Shown piece after piece: positions 1 to 9,282 of a stretch of 64,000 nucleotides of DNA; the first letter of the stretch is position 1; each line of letters opens with the position of its first letter. Below the pieces are notes generated by a model that saw only the letters and a list, made by a program, of their open reading frames with translations, made no database searches and was not told where the DNA came from. Location: positions 6,115-70,114 of the forward strand of contig JAQXIJ010000028.1 in the NCBI GenBank assembly GCA_029007725.1. The letters run 5' to 3'. Source of the stretch: Bacillota bacterium. Lineage in GTDB: Bacteria > Bacillota > Clostridia > UBA1381. The translations under genes were made by a program, and so were the position numbers.

Positions 1-247
1 ATAAAAAGTTAAAAAACTGTAAATATGCAATTGCGGCTTTTAAGGAAACTGTTTCCGGCATTGACGACGGATAAGCTTTCCTCTGATCGGTAAAGAATTT
101 TAGAACAGCGGCGGACATTTTCGGGTTAATATTACAAACGGATATAGCTTGTATGCACAAACGAAAGCCATTTTTTTAATATCGTTTTGATAAAAAGCGT
201 TATTCTGCTACATCCTGCACGATCGGGTAATGCTTGTATCAGAGTTG

Positions 248-298
248 TAACATTGTAACAATTTGCCGAGTGTTGTTTGTTACAATGTTATTTTTTTT
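248..298 (+). terminator. Orphan intrinsic-terminator-like hairpin
   Basis: Perfect 14-bp stem TAACATTGTAACAA (248-261) / TTGTTACAATGTTA (277-290) with a 15-nt loop, followed by T8 (291-298). No credible + strand CDS lies upstream within the window. Confidence 0.6.
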
Positions 299-414
299 GG
301 AATTATATGTTTTTTATAAAGTTGGAGAATGGCTTAGTAAAGCCGATTTTTAAAATAATGCTATGATATTTATTAAAAAAGTATTACAAAAAATTAAAAA
401 TATATTAAAAATGT

Positions 415-443
415 TTGACAAAATGCGATAAATAGTGTATAAT
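415..443 (+). promoter_or_regulatory. Sigma-70-type promoter of the NlpC/P60 gene
   Basis: TTGACA (415-420), 17-nt spacer, TATAAT (438-443). It lies about 45 nt upstream of the ATG at 486. Confidence 0.7.
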
Positions 444-485
444 AGTTTTGTAACAATTTAGAAATATTTTTTTGGGAGGATTATA

Positions 486-1880
486 ATGGGGAACTTGAAG
501 CATACGATAGCGGCACTTGCAGCTGTATCGTTGGTCAGCACACTTGCGGCTGTTCAAATGATGAATCTGGATTCTGTCCGTGCTGACAAGCTTGCTCAGA
601 AAATCGAAACCGTAGATGAACTTCCTGTTCTTGTCGGTGACGGCGAGGGTGAAACGGTGGACTTTAATGTACCGTCGTCTTCGCCGCTTAAGCAGAACTA
701 CGCAGGTCAGGATGCATATATTCTTACGTCAGGCGGAAGCATCAATCTGAGGGCTGCCGCAGATACCGAAAGCACGATCCTTGATGTTTTGCAGGTGGGC
801 ACCAAGGTTAGCATTCTCGATGTAGATGATGGCTGGTTCAAGGTTAAGTCGGGAGAATTTACAGGCTATATCAAATCTGAATTTGTAAGCCTTGACTATG
901 ACCGTGTTAAAGAGGTTATGCTTGGCACTTCGATGTACCAAAACGGTACGGTATCATATGAGAGCATAAACGTACGCTGTAAGGCTGACGAGACCTCACC
1001 TATTTTGGCACAGGTTGCCGAAGGAGAAAGGGTCATTATTCTTGAAACAACCGACAATGGTTGGCAGAAGATATATTTCGGCGAAAACTATGATATAGGC
1101 TATGTTTCGGCACAGTATATAGAAGTGGGTGATATGGTATCGAGAAAAGACGTTGCAAAGGCACGAAATGAGCGCATTGCTCAAATTGCTAAAGATGCCA
1201 ATATAAAAACCGCTGCATCTGCCGTAGAAGTAAAGCTTATACCGAGTGATGACGGTGAGGTGATAACGACTCTTGCGGATAACGCAAAGTGCAGAATAAT
1301 CAGCGGCGGCACAAAATGGACAAAAATCATTGTTTCCGCAACCAACGAAATCGGATATGTCAGGACGGACAATGTTGCACAGGTTGTTGAGAAAAAAGAA
1401 CCTGTAAAGATTGCAGAGACGAAAAAAACAGAGAAAAAATCGGCAGAGACGAAAACAGCGGCGGATACAAAGCAAAGTAAAACGGCAAGCATAGCGCAAA
1501 GCGCACCGAAATCATCTGACGGAAGCAGTCTTGTTGCTCAGGCATCAAAGTATATAGGAACAAAATATGTTTACGGCGGATCATCTCCATCAGGCTTTGA
1601 CTGCTCGGGTCTTGTGCAGTACTGCTGTAAAAATCTTGGAGTTTCGGTCAGCCGTTCGTCAAAAGGTCAGTATTCAAATGGAATGGCGGTAAGTAAAAGT
1701 GACCTTCAGCCGGGAGACTTGGTATTCTTTTCAAGAGGCGGAAGTATTTCTCATGTGGCTATTTATGCCGGCAACGGTCAGGTGATTCATGCGCCGCGTT
1801 CCGGAAAAACTGTTTGCTACCAGTCACTTAGCACGCTTTGTTCTTCAAGCAAATATGTTGGAGCAAGACGGGTTCTGTAA
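486..1880 (+). CDS. Secreted peptidoglycan endopeptidase with SH3b repeats and a C-terminal NlpC/P60 domain
   Basis: N-terminal hydrophobic signal/anchor. Repeated SH3b-like modules end in GYIKSEFV, GYVSAQYI and GYVRTDNV. The C-terminal catalytic core reads GFDCSGLVQY...ISHVAIYAGNGQVIHAP (Cys/His of NlpC/P60). RBS GGGAGG lies upstream. Confidence 0.9.
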   Translation: MGNLKHTIAALAAVSLVSTLAAVQMMNLDSVRADKLAQKIETVDELPVLVGDGEGETVDFNVPSSSPLKQNYAGQDAYILTSGGSINLRAAADTESTILDVLQVGTKVSILDVDDGWFKVKSGEFTGYIKSEFVSLDYDRVKEVMLGTSMYQNGTVSYESINVRCKADETSPILAQVAEGERVIILETTDNGWQKIYFGENYDIGYVSAQYIEVGDMVSRKDVAKARNERIAQIAKDANIKTAASAVEVKLIPSDDGEVITTLADNAKCRIISGGTKWTKIIVSATNEIGYVRTDNVAQVVEKKEPVKIAETKKTEKKSAETKTAADTKQSKTASIAQSAPKSSDGSSLVAQASKYIGTKYVYGGSSPSGFDCSGLVQYCCKNLGVSVSRSSKGQYSNGMAVSKSDLQPGDLVFFSRGGSISHVAIYAGNGQVIHAPRSGKTVCYQSLSTLCSSSKYVGARRVL

Positions 1881-1895
1881 ATAAAATAAAGGTTC

Positions 1896-1925
1896 AGAAC
1901 TGCACGGTTTCGTGCAGTTCTTTTT
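1896..1925 (+). terminator. Rho-independent terminator after the NlpC/P60 gene
   Basis: Stem AGAACTGCAC / GTGCAGTTCT with a 6-nt loop, followed by TTTT. Confidence 0.8.
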
Positions 1926-2019
1926 GTACCGTTGATTTAGTAATTTGTGCATATTGCGCCGTGCGGGAATGTGTGGTACAATATACGCATGAGGTATTTT
2001 GGGAAAGGGGATGACTGTG

Positions 2020-4329
2020 ATGCCGGACATTATGATCTGCGCCGCGGCGTATGCACTCGGAGTGCTTGTTTCATCAAAGGTGAGCCTTTTCTATGTGCTG
2101 ATGTATTCTGTGTGTATGTTTATTGTTGGACTTATTGTGAACCACTTTTCCAAAAGAAAAAATTCGGTTCTGCTGATTGCCATAATAGTTTTTGCTTTTG
2201 GCGGTGTAAGATACTATCAGGCAAATTCAAACCGGCTTTATAATGCACTTCCGGACAAATATATCACCCTCGGCGGCACGGTAAATTCTATACCGCAAAA
2301 GACCGACAGCGGAAAATATAAATACTTTTTGTCCGCTGAATCGGCAGAATATTTGGGTCAAACCTATAAAATACGTCAGGAAATACTGCTTTATTTAAAA
2401 GAAGATGTCGAGTACGGAGACATTATTTCGGTTAAGGGTTTTCTTGACAAGCTGCCTGAAAAGATGAATCAGTCCGATTTTGACACTGCCATGTACTATA
2501 AAAGCAAGGGCATATACAACAGCCTTTCCGCCGATGAGATGATAAAAATCGGAGCAAAACACTCCTGCTCACCTGTGTTTTTGTTGGGAAAGCTGAAAAG
2601 CGAAATATACAAAATTATAGACGCAAACTATACGCGTGATGCCGGTGCGCTGCTTAAAGCCATTATTATCGGCTGCAAATCTGACTTTTCGGATGATTAC
2701 TACAGGTTGCTGCTTAAAACTGGCATGCTTCGGTTTTTATACGCGCCGTTTATACATATCTATATAATATTTTTCGCCATAGGACTTTTGTCAATGCTGA
2801 AGAAAAAAGTTCGTGACACTTTGGCGGTGATTTTGCTGACAATGTACGCGTTGGCAAACAGCGGATCGCTTATTATAGCCAAGGCGGTGATTATATCACT
2901 TATGTTAATTGCCGAACGTCGTATTTTCGGGTATTCCTCTTTGCTGCACACAATTTCGGCCGCGGTTCTTGTAATGCTGCTCATAAACCCGTTGCTTTGC
3001 TATAACTACGGATTTGTGATGTCGGTTGTTGCAGCACTTTTACTGCATCTGCTTTATGAACCGATTGAGGACAAAACCAAACCGTTGTTTGAAAAGCTGC
3101 ATATCGGAAGATACCTGCAGCGAACGCTTATTGTTTGGGTTACGATAACCATTGGAACACTGCCGCTTGCTGCGTTTTATTTTAACGGAATTTCGGTTTA
3201 CGGCATAATTTTTACGCTGCTTGCCGTTCCGTGTATAATGATTATAATTTTGCTTTCGCCTATTCTGCTTGCCATGCTTGCGCTTTTTGGCAGGGCACCG
3301 CTTATCGGCGATATTGTGGGCTTTATTTTGTATTTTATAAAAAATATGCCATATGTAGTGCATAGGCTTCCCGGATGTTATGTAATGCTCAAAACACCGT
3401 CAATACTGACGATAATCGATTTTTATCTTTCTCTGTGGATTTTTGCGCGTTGGCTGAAAAAGAGGAGTGATACCGGTTTTACGAAAATTCTTGCCTGCGC
3501 TCTCGCCGGATTTATTGCGTGCGGAATAATGACGTATGATTTTGGAGCGCTTAACATATATTTTGTGAATGTCGGTCAGGGCGACGGTGCAGTGCTGCAC
3601 ACCGCACGCGGAGAAACAGTTTTAATTGACGGCGGGGGCGCGCCGGTGTACAAAACCTATAATGTCGGCGAAAAAATATATGTGCCGTATCTTATAGCTC
3701 ACGGTTTCACAGACATAGACGTGGCCGTGGTCAGCCATTATCACAAAGACCATGTTGAGGGAATAATTGCTGCGGCGGAAAATCTTAAAATAAACACGCT
3801 TATTATGCCGGATTCCGAAAAGGGAGGAGAATACCGGACAAAGCTTGAAGAGGTTGCAAGGAACAAGAATATTAAGATTGAATATCTGCGCGAGAGTGAC
3901 GAAATCCGCTTTAGATCCGGAATGATTATGGAATTGCTCGCACCGGAAGAGGGTATGATGAAAAGTAATGATTTGAACACGACATCGATTGTGCTCCATG
4001 TAAAATACGGCGAATTTGACGCGCTGTTTACCGGTGATTCGCCGGATAATCGGATTTCGGAATATCCGAAAAATGTCGAGCTTTTAAAGGTTCCACATCA
4101 CGGCTCAAAAACGTCAAGTAGCGCCGAATATGTTTCATGGATAAATCCGCTGTTTGCGGTGATAAGCGTAGGAAAGAACAATACCTACGGACTGCCGAAA
4201 GAAGAGGTTTTAAACCGCTACCGGGAGACCGGTTCCCAAATTTTGCGAACTGATGAGCTCGGCGACATACGCTTTACGGTTGACAAAAAGAACAATATAA
4301 AATACGATTCGTACATGGGAGTTGAATAA
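2020..4329 (+). CDS. comEC: DNA internalization competence protein ComEC/Rec2
   Basis: Polytopic membrane core followed by a C-terminal metallo-beta-lactamase fold (NIYFVNVGQGDGAVLH, VVSHYHKDHVEG, KVPHHGSK). The ORF opens at 1999 (TTG). ATG 2020 has the best spacing to the GGGG Shine-Dalgarno; ATG 2011 is an alternative. Confidence 0.85.
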   Translation: MPDIMICAAAYALGVLVSSKVSLFYVLMYSVCMFIVGLIVNHFSKRKNSVLLIAIIVFAFGGVRYYQANSNRLYNALPDKYITLGGTVNSIPQKTDSGKYKYFLSAESAEYLGQTYKIRQEILLYLKEDVEYGDIISVKGFLDKLPEKMNQSDFDTAMYYKSKGIYNSLSADEMIKIGAKHSCSPVFLLGKLKSEIYKIIDANYTRDAGALLKAIIIGCKSDFSDDYYRLLLKTGMLRFLYAPFIHIYIIFFAIGLLSMLKKKVRDTLAVILLTMYALANSGSLIIAKAVIISLMLIAERRIFGYSSLLHTISAAVLVMLLINPLLCYNYGFVMSVVAALLLHLLYEPIEDKTKPLFEKLHIGRYLQRTLIVWVTITIGTLPLAAFYFNGISVYGIIFTLLAVPCIMIIILLSPILLAMLALFGRAPLIGDIVGFILYFIKNMPYVVHRLPGCYVMLKTPSILTIIDFYLSLWIFARWLKKRSDTGFTKILACALAGFIACGIMTYDFGALNIYFVNVGQGDGAVLHTARGETVLIDGGGAPVYKTYNVGEKIYVPYLIAHGFTDIDVAVVSHYHKDHVEGIIAAAENLKINTLIMPDSEKGGEYRTKLEEVARNKNIKIEYLRESDEIRFRSGMIMELLAPEEGMMKSNDLNTTSIVLHVKYGEFDALFTGDSPDNRISEYPKNVELLKVPHHGSKTSSSAEYVSWINPLFAVISVGKNNTYGLPKEEVLNRYRETGSQILRTDELGDIRFTVDKKNNIKYDSYMGVE

Positions 4330-4330
4330 T

Positions 4331-5341
4331 ATGGCTGTAAAAGAGGATAATTTTATAAAGTTAAAACAGCAGATAAAAAGTGGCGATATAAAAAATCTAT
4401 ATTTGTTTTTCGGTGAGGAAACCTTTTTAAAGGATATGTACCTGAAACGCATGGGGAAAACCGTGCCGGAGGACGGTTTTTCGGATTTTAACCGCATATT
4501 GCTTGAGGGAAACGACGTTACATCAGACAGCGTCGATGATGCAGTGGACTCTTTTCCGATGATGAGCGAAAAAAAGCTGCTTGTAATAAAGGATAGTGGG
4601 ATTTTTAAGTCGCCTAATGAAGAAACCAAGGTGTTTTGGCAAAAGCGGCTGGCGGATATCCCTGACTATCTGCTGATGATCTTTGATGAGAAAAGTGTTG
4701 ATAAACGCAGCGTTACCTATAAGGCACTGGCAAAGTACGGGATGCCGGTGGAATTTAAGTATATCAAGGAGTATGAGCTTGTCGCATGGGTTGTGCGCGA
4801 GGCTACGAAGTCCGGAAAAAAGATTTCAAAGGAAAATGCAGAATATCTTGTGGGAATCTGCGACAGTGGTCTGCAAAACCTGAAAAACGAGCTGGACAAG
4901 CTGATAAATTACTGCAACGGCGAGATTTATAAAAGCGATATAGACAAGGTTGTGTCGCGGCATATGGGCATTGTGATTTTTGAACTTACCGACGCAATTA
5001 TGGCAAAGGACAATGATAGGGCGATGAAGATTTTGCTTGACCTCAAAGAAAAAAAGGAGTCGCCATTTAATATACTTTACCTTTTATCATCGGCGTTTGA
5101 CAAAATGCTGCAGTGCTGTTTGATTTTGTCAGAGGGCGGACGGTATGATGAAATTGCGGCAAAGCTGAAACTGCCGCCGTTTGTTGCACGGAAGTATATT
5201 GACAGCTCAAAGGGATTTTCGCAGGACTTTTTAATAGACCGAATCTGCCGTACGGCAGACTATGACCTTGCAATCAAGCAGGGCGAAATTGATGAATGGA
5301 CTGCGCTTTTGCAATATGTTTTTGACGGTGTAAAAAGATAG
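4331..5341 (+). CDS. holA: DNA polymerase III delta subunit
   Basis: About 336 aa, immediately after comEC (the conserved comEC-holA arrangement in Firmicutes). The N-terminus ...LYLFFGEETFLK... is typical of HolA. The ATG lies 1 nt after the comEC stop. Confidence 0.8.
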   Translation: MAVKEDNFIKLKQQIKSGDIKNLYLFFGEETFLKDMYLKRMGKTVPEDGFSDFNRILLEGNDVTSDSVDDAVDSFPMMSEKKLLVIKDSGIFKSPNEETKVFWQKRLADIPDYLLMIFDEKSVDKRSVTYKALAKYGMPVEFKYIKEYELVAWVVREATKSGKKISKENAEYLVGICDSGLQNLKNELDKLINYCNGEIYKSDIDKVVSRHMGIVIFELTDAIMAKDNDRAMKILLDLKEKKESPFNILYLLSSAFDKMLQCCLILSEGGRYDEIAAKLKLPPFVARKYIDSSKGFSQDFLIDRICRTADYDLAIKQGEIDEWTALLQYVFDGVKR

Positions 5342-5402
5342 ATCAAAAAACTCAAAAAACGTACAAAACCCCTGAAAGCGCCCTATAAAAGAAAAATTAT
5401 GA

Positions 5403-6758
5403 CTATTTTTCATCTCGCATACTTTTCAAAAATGCAATTCCGAACGGTACGCTCACAAGGGACGAAAAAACGTCTGCGATAGGCTGGGTAAATTCCACAC
5501 CGCCTATTCCGAAAATTCGTGGCAGAATCAGTATTAGAGGAATGAAAAATATTCCTTGGCGCAAACAGGCAAGAAAGGTTGCAGACCACGAGCGCCCGCT
5601 CATTTGAAGCGTCATATTGCAGACTGTGCAGACCGGAACAAAAGGCAGAGCGGCGCACTGCGCCCGAAGTGCAACAGTACCGATTTTTATCACATCCAGG
5701 TCGTCTTTTGTAAATCGGCTTATAATCTGCCGTGCGAATATGAAGGTCGGAAATCCGAGAGCCGCCATTACTGCCGCGCCGAGTACTACCGTAAAATACA
5801 TTGCCGACTTTACGCGCCTGTATTTTTTTGCACCGTAATTGAAACCGACAACAGGCTGCATACCCTGACCGATTCCTATCATAACCGAGAAAATCATCAT
5901 AAAAATTTTGCCGACAATGCCCATTGCGGCAATTGCCGCATCACCATAGCCGCGGACTCCGAGATTAAGAAAAATTGTTGAAATACTTGCAAGCCCCTGC
6001 CGAGCGAAGGACGGAAGCCCGGCTTTTATGATGTTCATGTAGAGCGCGATATTTTTTGACATACAAGTGATTTTAAGCCGCACCATGCTTGTCCCTTTTA
6101 TATAAAAAGAAAGCAGTATAACGAAGCTGATGCACTGGCTGATGAGCGTTGCGATTGCTGCACCTGCGGTACCGAGATTAAACACAAAAATCAGCAGCGG
6201 GTCAAGAGCGATGTTGATTATTCCACCGGCACCTATACCGAGCATGGCAAATTGGGCCTTTCCCTGAGAGCGGAGAATATTGTTCATTATAAATGAGCCT
6301 ATCATGACAGGTGCGCCGATAATTATGAAGCGCGCATAGCGCACGGCGTAGGGAAGAATGGTTTGCGTTGCGCCGAACATCAGCATGATTCTGCCTGTCG
6401 CAAGTGAACCTATGAGCGCAAGAAGGATACCTATTGCAATGCCCGAAAAAAATCCACTTGATGCAACGGTCGTTGCCTCATCGTTTTTCTGCTGACCCAA
6501 AAGTCGCGAAATCATGCTGCCCGAACCCATGCCAAGTGTAAATCCGACCGCCTGAATTATCGCCATAAGCGAAAAAACTATGCTGACCGCGCCTGATGCA
6601 CTTGTACCCAGCCGTGACACGAAAAATGTGTCTGCAGTGTTGTAGACAGCAGTGACAAGCATACTGATTATCGTCGGCACAGACAGCGAAACAATCAGAT
6701 TTGGGATGGCGTTTTCTGTCATTTTTTTGTACTGTGCCACACTACTGCTTGTATTCAT
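5403..6758 (-). CDS. MATE family efflux transporter
   Basis: 451 aa with 12 predicted TM helices. The N-terminus ...IPNLIVSLSVPTIISMLVTAVYNTADTFFVS... is typical of MatE repeats. Confidence 0.85.
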   Translation of the reverse strand: MNTSSSVAQYKKMTENAIPNLIVSLSVPTIISMLVTAVYNTADTFFVSRLGTSASGAVSIVFSLMAIIQAVGFTLGMGSGSMISRLLGQQKNDEATTVASSGFFSGIAIGILLALIGSLATGRIMLMFGATQTILPYAVRYARFIIIGAPVMIGSFIMNNILRSQGKAQFAMLGIGAGGIINIALDPLLIFVFNLGTAGAAIATLISQCISFVILLSFYIKGTSMVRLKITCMSKNIALYMNIIKAGLPSFARQGLASISTIFLNLGVRGYGDAAIAAMGIVGKIFMMIFSVMIGIGQGMQPVVGFNYGAKKYRRVKSAMYFTVVLGAAVMAALGFPTFIFARQIISRFTKDDLDVIKIGTVALRAQCAALPFVPVCTVCNMTLQMSGRSWSATFLACLRQGIFFIPLILILPRIFGIGGVEFTQPIADVFSSLVSVPFGIAFLKSMRDEK

Positions 6759-6774
6759 AAAACAGCCCCCGTGT

Positions 6775-7299
6775 TTAATAGATTTTTAAATTCCGTATAT
6801 ATTCAAAGGTTTTTTCTTCACCATCATCACGCAGCATTGTAAGCAGACGTTCCAGAAGATCAGACGTTTCGGGGTGAATCATACGCTTGCCTTTGCCGCG
6901 CTGAAAATATTCAATCGGGTGCGAGTCGGTATAATTTTCACCCTGATAGATTTTGCTTGCCGCAAGCCTGTCGCAAAACATTTCTTTCACATATTTAAGC
7001 GGCATTTTTACCGGTCCGTAAATTCGCGTTTGCGGATCATAGTCTGTCCAGTATTCAAAGTGGTGGCGGTTTCTGCCCTTGTGGTGAAGCCACGCCCTTG
7101 AATATCCGTATGCTTCACGCTCCGAATCGTTCGGACTTCGTACTCCTTGGTAGTACTTTGCTCCGGCGATAAACTCGGTTGGTGAATACTTCGATAGGTC
7201 GTGGCGCAGACCTTGAAACAGTATTCCTGCCTTTTTGCAGTTTTTTATCACCTCATGGCGGTGTTTTGTTATTGTTCTAAAATGCCTGAAAGCTTTCAT
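6775..7299 (-). CDS. Conserved hypothetical protein (I recall this family as DUF5662, sometimes mislabelled catalase)
   Basis: HFRTITKHRHEV...GLRHDLSKYSP...HHKGRNRHHFEYW. The second in-frame ATG (7299) has RBS AAAGGGA. The family name is from memory and unverified. Confidence 0.6.
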   Translation of the reverse strand: MKAFRHFRTITKHRHEVIKNCKKAGILFQGLRHDLSKYSPTEFIAGAKYYQGVRSPNDSEREAYGYSRAWLHHKGRNRHHFEYWTDYDPQTRIYGPVKMPLKYVKEMFCDRLAASKIYQGENYTDSHPIEYFQRGKGKRMIHPETSDLLERLLTMLRDDGEEKTFEYIRNLKIY

Positions 7300-7405
7300 A
7301 TTATTCCCTTTCTGCATAAGATTATTTGCTTCATATTATAAAAGTATATCACCAAAAAAAATTTTTTTCAAGCGCGTAGAATAAAAAAACCTTGTCTCTA
7401 AGTTA

Positions 7406-7434
7406 TTGATAACCCGGGCGAATACTGATATAAT
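7406..7434 (+). promoter_or_regulatory. Sigma-70-type promoter of the orphan lipoprotein gene
   Basis: TTGATA (7406-7411), 17-nt spacer, TATAAT (7429-7434). Confidence 0.65.
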
Positions 7435-7467
7435 ATTTTACAGATAATTATACTGCTGAGGTGAGAT

Positions 7468-9141
7468 ATGACTGTGAATAAAAATATTATGAGCGCAGTT
7501 ATCGGTATCTTTCTGATATTTCTGCTTTGCTCATGCAAGGACGAGAACATAACCGAAAATTCGCAGTTTGCAGGCGATGAGGTGTACTATGATCCGTCCG
7601 CGCCCCTAATAAGCTTTACGGCGAAAATGCGTTCGGAGGACAATATGCCGGAATTCTATCTTTTTGACGACAATCCGGAGCATCTTAATCCGCGATTTCT
7701 GGCGGATGGCGGTGAGCCCTCATCTATTGCACATTTTGAAAAGCTAGGAAGCGGTGTGTATACTGTGTTCAGCTATCATCACCGCGGCGATTCGTGCAGC
7801 TTTGACAGCGAGCTTTTCTTTGACGCGGCGTTTTCGTCCCAAAGTGAAGCGGAAATTGAGCTTCTTGCGGTGGGAATAAATAATTCGTGGGATTGGAACA
7901 AGGCATGGGCTGATTATACCGGCGTGCCTGTTATTATGCCGGAATTTTACCGCACCTTTGACTGCATATGCGAGGGCAACTGCCTGTGCAGAGGCGGCAG
8001 CGACAAATGCAAGAGCGATTGCCCTGCTATAATACGCGGAGAAGAAAGAATTCCCGACACGGAGCTTTATGATGGGTTGAATATCAAAATTTCACTTTCG
8101 GACAGTCCTCTTTTTTTGAGCGACTTGGTAAATTATATTTCCAAAAACAGTCTTAACAAATTCCGCACCGGCGGATATAACGAGCCGATGTGGCTGATGA
8201 TGAAGTTCCGCATAAATTCGGGCAGTGCCGTATTTGACACACTGGCTTACCGAGACAAGAACGCAGCGGTCGAAAATTTTTCTGAACTTAAAAAAGGCGC
8301 ATATGACAATGAGCCGCAGTATAAGGGGATTGCGCAAAACGCACCGATTATGACGGCGGAATTTGGTATTAAGCTGGACGAAGTTGCGCAAAGCGGTGCG
8401 ATTGCAGTGACGGTGAAAAATTCGCGCGTTCCTTCGGGTTGTACGATTAAAAACGGAACCTTTGCAACAAATGTAAACACGTGGAGGGAGCGTTTTCCGA
8501 TTGCTGCGGAATCTGATCTCATGCGTTTTGAATATATCGATGCGGAAAAGGTGAATCTATACGGCAGGAAGCAAAACGTCCGCAGCGACGTGTGGCGGTT
8601 TGACGCTTTTCATACAAAGCTTTATACCGACGGCGGCTTTGAGGAGCGTAGGAGGCTTGAGCAGTTCGGCGCAGAAACCGGAGAACGCTTTGTACCGAAC
8701 GGCGAAATTGCGGACATAAAGCACCCGAGCGGAAATGAGGAATCTACCGATGAATTTTACAGTGCGATTGCCTGCAATCTCGGTAATTTCGGAGTTACAA
8801 ACAGATATATTATTCATCTTGAAAACAGCGCTGACTCGGACAGGCGCTTCTGCTTCAATATAGCATCAACAGCAGGGCAGGTATACCGCTTCTGTCAGAT
8901 CGATTCGGACGGAAAAGAAGTATACGGGGACGGTGGCTGTTACTATATGAAGAAGTTTGATGACAATCCGGCTGAGGATCCGTCATCAAACACAAATCCG
9001 AAAGCTAGGCTGAAAGCGGCAGAATACAGTGACAAGCTGAGCTTTTTGGCAAAAAAAAACTCGTCGTGTACGCTGGAAATTGAAGTGACGACCCTGACCG
9101 GCTGCAATGCGCCGACATATATAACAATGAGCGCAGAATAA
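7468..9141 (+). CDS. Uncharacterized lipoprotein with a Cys-rich insert
   Basis: Lipobox-like signal peptide (...IFLIFLLCSCKDE). RBS GAGGTGAG lies upstream. Long uninterrupted ORF of 557 aa. Cys-rich block CICEGNCLCRGGSDKCKSDCP. I recognise no family. Confidence 0.75.
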   Translation: MTVNKNIMSAVIGIFLIFLLCSCKDENITENSQFAGDEVYYDPSAPLISFTAKMRSEDNMPEFYLFDDNPEHLNPRFLADGGEPSSIAHFEKLGSGVYTVFSYHHRGDSCSFDSELFFDAAFSSQSEAEIELLAVGINNSWDWNKAWADYTGVPVIMPEFYRTFDCICEGNCLCRGGSDKCKSDCPAIIRGEERIPDTELYDGLNIKISLSDSPLFLSDLVNYISKNSLNKFRTGGYNEPMWLMMKFRINSGSAVFDTLAYRDKNAAVENFSELKKGAYDNEPQYKGIAQNAPIMTAEFGIKLDEVAQSGAIAVTVKNSRVPSGCTIKNGTFATNVNTWRERFPIAAESDLMRFEYIDAEKVNLYGRKQNVRSDVWRFDAFHTKLYTDGGFEERRRLEQFGAETGERFVPNGEIADIKHPSGNEESTDEFYSAIACNLGNFGVTNRYIIHLENSADSDRRFCFNIASTAGQVYRFCQIDSDGKEVYGDGGCYYMKKFDDNPAEDPSSNTNPKARLKAAEYSDKLSFLAKKNSSCTLEIEVTTLTGCNAPTYITMSAE

Positions 9142-9156
9142 AATATAACCACGATT

Positions 9157-9185
9157 TTGACAAATGCGGTATTTTTGTGTATAAT
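9157..9185 (+). promoter_or_regulatory. Sigma-70-type promoter upstream of the DUF512/der cluster
   Basis: TTGACA (9157-9162), 17-nt spacer, TATAAT (9180-9185). Confidence 0.7.
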
Positions 9186-9282
9186 GGTTATCAGAGGTAA
9201 TTTTGTATCGTTTTTTGATAAACACCGATTAAATGGGTATCCTAAAAAGAAAACGACGTTTTGTCTTGGGGGAGCTGATTTT

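Noticed and set aside
1-118. Possible 5' part of a minus-strand CDS leaving the window (ATG at 118: MSAAVLKFFTDQRKAYPSSMPETVSLKAAIAYLQFFNFL...).
   Set aside because: Only about 39 codons are visible. No Shine-Dalgarno precedes the ATG and I recognise no family. It cannot be supported from this window alone.
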